DNA of 64,000 nucleotides from Strigamia acuminata (Eukaryota): NCBI GenBank assembly GCA_949358305.1, contig OX442314.1, positions 30,008,001 to 30,072,000 of the forward strand, read 5' to 3'. Shown piece by piece: positions 48,929 to 60,036 of this stretch (position 1 is its first letter; each line of letters starts with the position of its first letter). The notes under the pieces were generated by a model. It saw only the letters and a program-made list of their open reading frames with translations, ran no database searches and was not told where the DNA came from. The position numbers and the translations under genes were made by a program.

Positions 48929-51900
48929 TCATGACGAACTTTCTCCCTGTTCACAGTCATCAAGCTGAACTTGAATGTCAGCGTAAAACTTTGCACAAAT
49001 CTCACGTGCTTTCGCGCTAAATTTGTCCACTCTGGCGTGTATATCGTCCAAGTCCACTCTGGAGATGAAATTGGCGTTGCAATCGTCCTCAGCATCACTT
49101 GGCGCGTCCAGGGGGTCCGGAACATCTGTCGACTTCTCCGCGCTGTCGTCGGGATCGCTGTACCAGTGTCGTAAATCGACGATATGATATGGCTGCGTTA
49201 CGCTGCCATCCTCCTTCATTAACAGCACGGTGTTCGGTCCGATGATCCGGTGGATGATATAAATCCCCTCCGTCCGCTGCTGGAATCCTGCTGACACCTG
49301 CTTGTCTGCCGACGACAGAATCCTGCTCTTCAGCGTGACCCAGTCGCCAGGCTTAAAGTCGTGGGGTCGTCTCTTTCGGTCGTACCATCGTTTATGACGC
49401 AAATTCGCGATTTCCAAGTTCTTTCGCGCCTCGGCTCCGACGCGCAGCATGTAACAATGTAAATACTTCGCCTCATCCGGCGGAAGAGGTTCTCCGTCGC
49501 CGGTGTCACTATCGAAGTCGCCTGGATAACGCGCTTCCTGTCCAACGACCATCATATACGGCGAGAACTTCAAAGATGTTTGATAACTGGCGTTGATGGC
49601 CAAAATGAAGTAGCCAATATGACGGTCCCAATTTACGTGTTCATCAATGTACGCGAGAATGCAGGTCTTTAAAGACTGATTCAACCGCTCCGCCAAGTTT
49701 CCTTGTGGGTGATATACGGATATGTACTTATTCACAATGCCCATTCCCAAGCAGTGCGCTTGAAAACGCGCAGAACGGAAGGTAGGCGCATTGTCGCTAA
49801 TCAAAGTCTTTGGGAAGGCCCATCGTTGCACAAACTCTTCAATTTGCGCAATTGTAGTTGGCACATCTGCTTTTTCGGTGAGCCGAACGTCAACCCATCT
49901 GCTGGCCGCATCGACCATCACGAATGCGTAACAATTTCCTCGGCTAGACATCAACTTTTTCCCAAAGTAGTCGACGTAAATGGCTCTGAAACGACGGCGT
50001 GGTTTTGCCGTTTCCATTTCTCCCATTGGCAAACGTCGTTCAACTTTTGCTCTCTGGCATGGCCCGCATACCTTAATCCACTCAGACACATCCCGCTTCA
50101 TTCCTGGTCAAAAAACACGTGTCTTTAAGCGCATCAAGGTCTTTTCAATTCCGAGATGGCCAGAAGTTGGCGGGAAGTGCAAACAATGAAAATAATTTCG
50201 CCTCAATGGTTTCGGCAGGTAAATACGACGCGATTGAGCGCGTTGGCCAATTGTTACTGGCGGGTACCTGCACAGAAGTCCACGATGCAAAGCCATATCT
50301 ACAGATTGCTTCTTTATTTTCTCGGCCTCGTCTTCGTCAGGCGGCAAATCTCCGGCATCCAAATACGTCATGATGCCTTTTGCCCAACCATCAGCCGACT
50401 GAGCATTTTTCATGACTTTTTGAGTTGGCAACAACTCATAGGCCGGATGCTCTGCTGGATAGTCATGTCGATCTTCAGACTCATCCGACGAGACTTGGTC
50501 TTCTACTGGAAGTTGTTGTGTCTGCCTTGAGCGCGTATTCGGTCGAATTGGCAATGGCAACAACGTGGTTCGATATTCGTCAGAACTTCGGTCACTTAAC
50601 AAGTGCTCACTGCCAGATTTCTCCTTTTCCGACACTGGTGACGCATCTCTTAATGATAAAGAGAATGAACGCTCACTTTGGGCAGGTGAAACAACCTTTT
50701 TGGGTCTTCCAACTTTACGTTTGGGTTTTGGTGGTCTCCCTCTTTTCCTTTTTGGTGCAGGATCAGTAGGAGCCACTACGACCTTTGGAGGCCTTCCAAC
50801 TCACCTTTTCACCGGCGCGTCCACTGGAGGCACACTGTTTTTACGTGGCCTTCCAACTCGTCTTTTCGGCGGCAAGGCAGCTGGAGGCGTCGTTACACCG
50901 GAGAGCTGGTGTGCTTCCACGACATTTTTTATGTCTGTCGGCACACTACCCCCCCTCAAGGGGTCGGGGGGTTTGGGGGGTTGGGTGTTCAAATCCCCAA
51001 ACAACTCGAGCGGTTCCAACTCCTCAAATTCGCGCCTCTTTTGAAGAAGACGCGATCTCTTGCGAAGCTTGGCCGCATTTACGATCTTTGAGCCGGATGG
51101 TTTCGGCACGAAATCCTCGTCCAGCTCCACCATCCCAATGGTAGGCCAACACGCGAAATCGTCAAAGAACGCACAATACGTCGCCTCATCCAAGAGAGGA
51201 CAGTCCTCATCGCCGATTTCAATGGCGGGATCTACTGGCGATCTGCTCAACGCATCAGCGACACGATTGCTAGTGCCACTGCAATGCAGAAACGTGAAAC
51301 GATATTCAGTCATTGACAGAATCCATCGGGCCAACCTGCCTTTTGGCTCGCGCTGAGCAAAAAGCCATTTTAACAATTTATGGTCACTCTCAAGGTAAAA
51401 ATCCATTAGTTCTAAGTAACTGCGGAAGCGCTTAACCGCCCAAACAGCAGCCAGACACTCGATTTTCGTAACATTATAATTCTTCTCCGCACTATTTAGA
51501 GCGTGTGAGGCAAATGCAATCGGCACACGGACGCCGTTATTGTCTAACTGCATCAACGCAGCACCCAAACCTGAGTAGCTCTCGTCTGTCTGCAGAATAT
51601 ACGGCTTCGTCCAGTCAGGAAACCTTCGATGCAAAGTTGACGTTGCAATATGGTCCCGCAGATACTCGAACGCTGCTTGACAGCCATCCGTCCAATTCCA
51701 TACCGCGTTTTTCTTCATCAGGGGCCTGAAAACTTCACAAGTCTTCGAGTACCCCGGAAAAAACGAAGAGTAGTAACTAATCATGCCCTTAAAACGCTGC
51801 AACTCTTTCAAGTTAGTCGGCGCGGGATATAATTGAATCGCGCTGGTCTTTTTCGGATTAGGACGGATTTTTCCTTCTTCAACAATGTGCCCCAACACTT

Positions 51901-53686
51901 CAAGGCTACGCTTACACAGCTTTGTCTTGCCGGCATTCATCGTAAATCCTGCCGCGTCAAGAAGCGTCAGAACTTGCTTCAGATGTTCCACATGCTCTTC
52001 AAATGTCTTACTAAAGACAATAATGTCGTCGATGTAAACAAAGACGCATTTGTACAAATATTCAGCAAGTGTAAGATTCATAGCGCGCTGCAGTGTCGCG
52101 GGGTCATTTATTGGACCGAAAGGCATGCAAACATACTCGTAGAGTCCGCGATGCGTGATAAAAGCGAGAAAAAGTTCATCTCCCGGCCTAACGCCGATCT
52201 GATGAAACGCTTCGCGTCCATCGATTATGGAGAACCACTTAGCCCCGCCCAAATATGAAAAGATGTTATTGATATCTGGGAGGGGATACACGTCGGGCAT
52301 CGTTTGCGCATTGATAGGGCGAAAGTCCATGGCACATCTCCACCTGCCGTCCTTCTTGGGCACGACAACTGGAGCCACGGCACAATCACTCTTCGAGCGA
52401 CGAATTATACCCTGAGCCAGCTTTTGATCGATGTACTGATCAGTTATAGCTTTTTTGGCTGGGTTTACCGGCCTAACAGGCACGTGTATTGGCCTAAAGT
52501 CAGGTTTCAGATCAACCTCAAAACGAGTGTTGTTACACAACCCAATTTCTTCTCTAAAGATGTTTGAAACGGGTTTTAACGCCTCAATCAAATGAGTGAC
52601 GCGTTTTGGTGATAACTGACTCCACAGCTGCTCATGTATCCAGTCCAATTTAGTTGGATCGGAACATGGCAAATATTCTACAAAATTGGACGTAGGGCAA
52701 AACTGTCCACCGGTGGAATCACACTTTTCCTCATCATCCGAAACAACTGAATCGGGGGGAACTGACGGGACAGAAGACTCTGCAGACTGCAATAATCCCT
52801 TCCGAGCCCTGCGCACTCGATTTGAACGTCGGAACTGGCTAAAACACATGGGCCTCCGGTAAACACGTGTCGTATCGCGGAATTTAGTTCTGCGCGACTT
52901 TTCGCGTCTCGGAGGTGACCAAAGAAATGTCCAGCACCTATTTTCTGTGCTTTTACGCGAAACCACCACCTTAACCCTGAATGGCGCATCGTCATGCGGT
53001 AACTCAAAAGTTTCGGCGGGCAACGCGCGATGATTTAACAAAACACAGTTTACATCACTAATCGGGGCATCAATTGCCATCTTAGGGGCGGCGGGGATTA
53101 GTGGAAACAAAAGTACCGGATCGGAGGCCAGCGCCTGTCTCATAGTCATGAAACTACGCCGTTCCTCCGAACCCCTTATGAACCAGCAATTAAGACCATG
53201 GTCCGTACATAACCCGACCGCTCGACAAAAATCTCGTCCGAGCAGCAAGTCCGCTGATGAGTCCTCGATCACCAAGCACAAAAAAGAGATCAGGGTCTGA
53301 GGAGCGCGCACGGTTATCTCCACGCTACCCAAAACCTCAACTAATTGATTATTGGCAACGCGAATGGTCTCGTGCAGCACAACCATATCCACCCCCATCT
53401 TCTCGTGCAGCTTGTCATACAGATCTTGAGCCATGATGCAGGTCTGCGCACCAGAGTCAAACTGCGCGATAAATTGGATGTCAGTCCAAACAATCTTCAC
53501 ATACTGCGAATCACGCCGTATTCTCTCTCCAATCCCGATTTCAATTTTTGGCTCCTTGGACGCATCTTTCTCTTTAGGAGAAATCATCACAAAGGAGTTC
53601 AATTTCGGAAGTAACGGGTCAGTATTTGGCGCGGTCAACACAGATTTTGGTGGCAACACGCGCTCCACCTTCGGTGGTTCCGACAA
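48929..53686 (-). pseudogene. pol: Gypsy-2 Pol with two in-frame stops (50801-50803, 50108-50110)
   Basis: FDSGA, YIDD, ESDHKLL, HHCC and SDNAPTF motifs. The three ORFs are in the same frame. Confidence 0.9.
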
Positions 53687-53703
53687 AGCTTTAGGTGTTA
53701 AAC

Positions 53704-54120
53704 TTACTTCTTCTTTGGGTCCACCACTTTGTTGTCGGACTTCGGTGGGGCCCCTTTCCCGTTTCCCGGAACGACCCAGGGTTTATAACAGTGCGGGCAT
53801 AGCGGCGCGTTCAATTTAATGTCACGCATATACCAGCGATCGCGCCTGTTTTTAGCCCACTCCGCTCCGGGTGGCAACTTAATGTCCTTAGGCGGGCCGG
53901 AGTCCAGAGCAAAAGAGTAGTTTTGACTGCAGAGTGCAGATATGAGGTTCTCCAGTCTCCACTTGTGGCTTGGTCTCAACAGGGGGCGCAGATTTCGCAG
54001 CCACAATACTACGGACTGTCTGCGCGATCATGCTTTGATTATCATCAACAAACATGCCACCTTGCTCTAATTCACCCAAGACTTCCATCACGGCCGCAAC
54101 CTTATTGCGCGTGAAAAAAT
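53704..54120 (-). pseudogene. Gypsy-2 Gag C-terminal remnant
   Basis: Lies just upstream of pol, has a degenerate CPHC knuckle, and is truncated at the 54120-54150 junction. Confidence 0.45.
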
Positions 54121-54431
54121 GTCTAGACGGATTTTTAGATTTTTAGATTTTTAGGGTTAGGATTTATTAGGAGTTTAACAAATCAAACAATGATTAGGAA
54201 CACGGAAAACGCGTACAAACACAAAAATTCGATGGGATTACAAGGCGCGTTAATGCCGGGCCGTGACATCAATTTCTTCAATAAAATATTCTTACATTAT
54301 CTACAGTTTTAAAACATAAAAAAAAATAAAATTTAAATTATTTTCTGGGCAGGATGCAGCCTGAATCATTCTTCCATTTTGGCATAATTTTGCAGCACAT
54401 TCACGAGTCAATAGAAATGTCTTGACAATTT

Positions 54432-55526
54432 TCATCCGCTCTCTTGTTCCATTGACATTTTTAACGCGGCTTCCAGCATAGCCTCTTCCGAGAAGTCGTC
54501 CGACACTGACACTGACGCCGACGCCTTCGCGCTGCTCGCACTCTGCCGATCAGAGGCACAGCTGTTGGTGTCTTCCGATGTTTGTGTTTGTTTGCACCGG
54601 AGTTCCGTATACTCGTTTGTGTCGTCAGGATCATTGTTTGAACCTGATGGTAAGTTGGAATTATATTCTGGCAAGAATAAATCAATAAATTGATGCTTTA
54701 TCAATTCATTCTGGTTAAATTCAACTTAATTTATCAAATATACGCTGTTTACTTTACAATTCAAAATCATTAAAAATTTACGTTGTTTTTTACGTTAAAA
54801 TTCACATTTATTGAAATTTACAATACATTAAGAATTAAAAATTCAAATTTTTACGATCTATTTTGCATTAAAATTTCATATATTAATAATTTACGTTATA
54901 TTTTGCGTTAAAATTCGAATTTATCGACAAATCACGTTCTTATTGCGTTAAAATTCGAACATAACTGCATTTTAACGTAAGAAAATCAACAAAATTATAA
55001 TAATTCGAATTATTTTTGCACTAAAATTGGGTTTCATTCAATACTTTCATGCTATTCCATGCCAAATTCATTAAAATCCGCACGTATTACCTTGTAAACT
55101 TAACCTGACTGCGGCGTCTAATTGAGCATCTTCATCTTCCAGACCATTTTTATCTTTGCCATTACTCTTAGCCTCTTGTTGCGCTTTAACCTCGGATATT
55201 AAACCTGGCTTGATCATTTGTACCGCGGGCTTCAACCGCAAAAAATTATCAGCTTTGCATTCGGGAAACAAACCCTGAACGATAAATATAGAATAACCTA
55301 AAAAGCAAACAAATATTCAATGCTAAACGGCGTTAAGCGTTGTTAAATCAATCGATCGATCGATCAATCACCTTCCTGCTGCAGTTGTGCCAAAAACATC
55401 GCGAGATATGTGTCCGATATTAATTCTGGTCCCGTAAGTAACGAATTCAAATTAAACCATTGTCGACCCAATTTACGCACTGTAAACCAGTGGTCACGGT
55501 AGTTACATATAAATGCCATCTGATGT
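54432..55526 (-). pseudogene. ATXN3: Ataxin-3 partial duplicate (exons 4-6, no exons 1-3)
   Basis: Near-identical to 60037-61313. Lacks the start and catalytic Cys exon, and breaks in the intron-3 minisatellite at about 55935. Confidence 0.88.
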
Positions 55527-55789
55527 CTGAAATCAAAGACATAAAATAAATAAAATAAAAATTCTGAGTTTTAGCAGATTATATATTGAAACGAGATTTT
55601 TAACGGTGGTTTTGCATTTAAGTTAATTTTTACTATTTCACGCATATTTCAGAGTTTGAAGTTTTTTTGAGAGTTAATATTTTTTCTACACATGAAATTA
55701 ATATTTTACCATAAAAACATAGTTTTTAAGCATTTTTCATTAGAAAGCTTGTAAACTTTTTATAATTTACGCGTAAAATCCTTTTTGTG

Positions 55790-55932
55790 TGTAAAAAAGT
55801 GTAAAAATCTATTTTTCATGTGTAAAAATCTATTTTTCATGTGTAAAAATCTATTTTTCATGTGTAAAAATCTATTTTTCATGTATAAAAATCTATTTTT
55901 CATGTGTAAAAATCCATTTTTTATGTGTAAAA
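55790..55932. repeat. 21-bp minisatellite TGTGTAAAAATCTATTTTTCA
   Basis: Left arm only of the inverted array seen at 61560-62120. Confidence 0.85.
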
Positions 55933-55984
55933 AACTAAAACTCCATTTTAGCCACTTCGCACGCTAAACCAACATTCATCCAAA

Positions 55985-57921
55985 ATGAAAATATTCTTCC
56001 TAATCCTAACTTTGACATTTTGTCAAATAACTGCTGCTGCTGAAACGGTAAGAAAAAGCTTCTGCCCCCAAATTTAGGTTAGGCTTCACCGCACACCATC
56101 CCCAAGCCATTCCCTCAAACTTTATTTTTTTTTTTTTCTGTTTTTCTATATTTTTGAGATAATTTATTGTACTAATTGCCACACTTTCTTTCTCAACAGT
56201 GTGACTCAATGTTGAAGGGATCACAACAAGGGTGCACTTATTTGACCGCCAAAATCAAGGATTTAAAGGTAAGTTAAATTATATCAAAGAAATGTTTGAA
56301 CAAAATTCAACTAACAAAAATTAAATTTCTATAGTTAGCTAATCGGATATGTGGCTGTGCTGCTGGCGCCTTAGAACAAAAAGTAATTACACAATCACAT
56401 TGATTGATTCACTTGATACTTGACAAAAGTTGTCATTCTTAATTAATTTTAGGAAGATTATTGTAAGCGAAAAGAGAATTTTGCAGCTGTACCTGCCTGT
56501 GGCACTTTTATTAATTCTGTACCGGTAAGTGTAACTTCTTTTAATCTTTTTTTAGAAAAAGAAAACTAAAAACTTGTATTTACAGTCGGCATACGACGCC
56601 CTAATTAAAAACGAATTTTCCCACAAGCTTGCTGAAGTGATCTTAAGGGTGTTTGTACGTGTGTGAACAAATTCCGACGAGGAAATTCAGAAAAGTTTCA
56701 ATAACATTTTCACAGACCCAACTTGGTACGGAGCTATTGGTAAATCATTCATGTTTAATTTTCAAAATTCATATTTATGTCACGTACTTATTTGTCTTTA
56801 GAAACGGTGATCGAGTTCGTGTTCGCTGAGCAAGGTGTTGCATTCAACAAGTTGTAGTGACCCTAGTGGTCACTAATGAAGTATCAGGAATGAGCCTGAA
56901 TGGAATATTTAATTTGAGTTGTTTTATTTCATTTAATATTTTTTATGATCTCGACAAGGAAGTTAGAGACGGTGGGAGGAAATGTGGGTGGTCGCCAAGG
57001 AAACCAGCCCACAGCCTTCTCAGACAGGAAACACTTCCTGTGGAGAGAGTGAGAGAGTCAGTCTGAAACCAACACTTGAGAGAAAACCACCTTGAAAACT
57101 ACCACTGGAACAAAACCATGAGGAGCTGTTTTTGAGGAATTCAATCGAGTATTGAGACTCTTTCTTGCAAATTGTTAAAACAGTTTGTGAGATATTCTTG
57201 CTGTTGCTACAGTCCGTAACAGTGGGAAACCTATTCTTGCCAAACAACTTGTGTTTGGGTGAGAACTTGTCTTGCCGCCGTGAGATCACTGCGGAGAGAC
57301 CGTGAAGTTTCGTCGCCATCGTCGGGCTACGAAGTCGAATTCTGTGTGAAAGAAGTAGCGAAATTAGTCGCAACCGCGTCGTTGAGACGACAGAGTTGCG
57401 AGCTGGAGGAGACGGAGAGTTACGGAGAATTAGACGAGTCGGAATTGAGTCCGAGTGTTGTAAGAGAAGTCGGAATTGAGTCCGTCGTTAGCAGTCACCG
57501 AAGCCGAGCCGAGCGTCGTGTGAAGAGAATCCAAGCGATCGGCGTTCCCGAGAAGTGGAGCCGTCGAATCGATTGTATTCTTTATCATTTTCCATTATTC
57601 TTGATTATTTCACTTTTGGTGAAATATTTCTTTGATTGCTTAATTTGCCATATTATCACAAAATAATCTCTTTTATGTATCATTGTATTTAAACATTAAG
57701 TTTATTCAAAGCCACAAATAAATACCTTTTAATTGAGAAATAATAGAGTCATTATTTCTCCCACCATTTCAGTTAAAGTTGAGTTATTTGAGAAGTATTC
57801 TAGATAAGTCCTGTCACGGCAAAAGTGAGTTCAGAATTATTGTTATAATTTCTAGCAGTAATTTGAGCTCATTACAAAGTGTTTCGACCAAATTCGGGGA
57901 CTTATTAGTCCTCCGAAATAA
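55985..57921 (+). pseudogene. Secreted protein subtype A copy 3, pseudogene
   Basis: Same six exons, with TGC>TGA at 56664-56666, a solo LTR in exon 6, and the TATA region removed by the duplication junction. Confidence 0.88.
56853..57876. mobile_element. Solo LTR (1024 bp, probably Gypsy type)
   Basis: TGTAGTGA...TCATTACA termini with 4-bp TSD AAGT, inserted within the A3 exon 6 codons AAG TGT. Confidence 0.85.
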
Positions 57922-58521
57922 AAAATGTAATTTCAAATTAGAGAGATTTAAATTTGTGAAAATAAAGTAGAAACAATAAACAATCTTTGATTCATTGATT
58001 TCTCCAACCAAAACCTACGCATTGTACACCCATCACCCACGTCAAGTGCACTGAGTGGGTTTTATTTTTTTTCTGATAGAGCTTAATGAAAAATTATTTT
58101 TCATATTAAGAAAAAATAAAATATGGGCCTTTATCATTGTTTAATAACAATCGCAACATCGGGTGTTGACAAGGCAAAGAATCATGGGGGTATGACGTTG
58201 TCAGTTCTCTAGTTCAGTTGACCTAGAACTAGTTCCGAGCTTAGATTAGGTTAGGTTAGGTGTAAAAACTTGCATTGCGAACCTGGAATGTTCTCGATTC
58301 AACCACCCCGACGGGCTGTATTGTTACGTGTGTATTGTTACGGTTACCGTTACAGTAAAAACACTTGTCATTTTTTCGACTCAATCCAAGCATCTGGAAT
58401 CAAACAACTTTCACATAAATTTTTATGACTTCGTTAAACACAAATTTAGTACAAATGTCGAAGCCGTCTGAATGAAATCCATTGCAAGCCACTTCGCGCG
58501 CTCTACCGACATTCATCCAAA

Positions 58522-59442
58522 ATGAAAATATTCTTCCTAAGCCTAACTTTGACATTTTGTCAAATAACTGCTGCTGCTGAAACGGTAAGAAAAAGCTTCT
58601 GTCCCCAAATTCAGTTAGCCTTCACTGTAGAGCATTCCCATTTACTGTTTTTCTATATTTTTCTCTTTAATTTATTTTACTAATTTCCATGTCCTTTCTC
58701 AACAGTGTGATGTAACGGCGCGTGCAATAAACGCCGTGTGCAGTTATTTCCACATGAAACTACATCGAGTCGAATATACAGTAAGTTTGTTTTAAAGAAA
58801 TATTAGAACAAAATACAACTAACGAATAAATAATAATTTCTAATAGTTAACCTATAAATTATGTCAGTGTATTCATGGCATCTTTAATCAAACGGTAATT
58901 ACACAATCGCATTGAATGATTGATTCACTTCCGCTACTTGCCAAAAGTTGTCATTCTTCATTATTTTAGATAAAGCCATGCGACAGAGTCCAGTATCACT
59001 TTAAGCTTTTACCTCATTGCAACACTTTTATTAAATCCGTACGTGTCGCTATTTTTCCCCTTCATTTTTAGAATTAAAATAAATCATTTATATAATTTTT
59101 AATTACAGGAAAACTACGTCAAATTTGCTGAGAACAAAATAATTCCCACTGCGATTAATCTGCTCTTTAGGGATGCAATTGGTGTGTGCTCAAAAACCCG
59201 CGACGAAGTTGATCGTGGTTTATATAATTTTTTCAAAGACGGTGCTCCTGCATTATTCATCCGTAAATAATTTAGTTTAATTTGTTTTTAAAGTCATATT
59301 TATGTAAAGTCTTTGTTTGAGTTTAGAAGCGTTAGTAACATCACTATTCCCTCGAGAAGAAGCTGTTGCATTCAACATGTGTTACACGCAACTTCGGCAA
59401 AATTTTGTACGTTTTTACAATGCACTTTTCATGTTCAAATAA
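58522..59442 (+). CDS. Secreted 8-Cys protein subtype B copy 4 (174 aa, intact ORF)
   Basis: Exons 58522-58584, 58706-58780, 58847-58894, 58970-59038, 59109-59262, 59327-59442. Confidence 0.85.
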
Positions 59443-60036
59443 ACATTTCGGATACATGTTTATGTTTCATTCAGAGAAATTTAATTAATGCTAAAATAAA
59501 CAATAATATCTAGAGAATCAATCGTTTGAGTCAATAATCTCTTCTAAAAAAAAACATTTAGAATCGAAGTTGAGAATCGCAGTTGATTTTCCATGTCTGC
59601 TAAAAATGCACGAGCTAAACACCGCACGGTGCCGCATGATCTAACCAAAACATGGCTGCCACTAACTTCCCCTTCTCAAATAAAAATATAAAATTATGAA
59701 CACGTTTTTATTACTTAAAAATCATGGTATTTTTTATTACTTAACAAAATACCATGCAAAAAATATATATATATCTGTATAAATATATATAAAACAAAAA
59801 AAAATAAAAATAATTTATTAAAATAATCTCTTGTCAGTTTGATTGTACCAATATTTTAATATATCTACATAATTCAATTTCTTCAATAAAATATTCTTAC
59901 ATTATCTACAGTTTTAAAACATAAAAAAAAATAAAATTCAAATTATTTTCTGGGCAGGATGCAGCCTGAATCATTCTTCCATTTTGGCATAATTTTGCAG
60001 CACATTCACGAGTCAATAGAAATGTCTTGACAATTT

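Larger units (their letters stand above)
38390..54268 (-). mobile_element. Gypsy-2 LTR retrotransposon, decayed, containing Copia-2
   Basis: LTR sequence 39201-39318 recurs at 54151-54268, so the 5' LTR is reduced to 118 bp. PPT next to 39318. The left boundary and TSD are lost by deletion relative to the empty site near 59770-59880. Confidence 0.85.
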
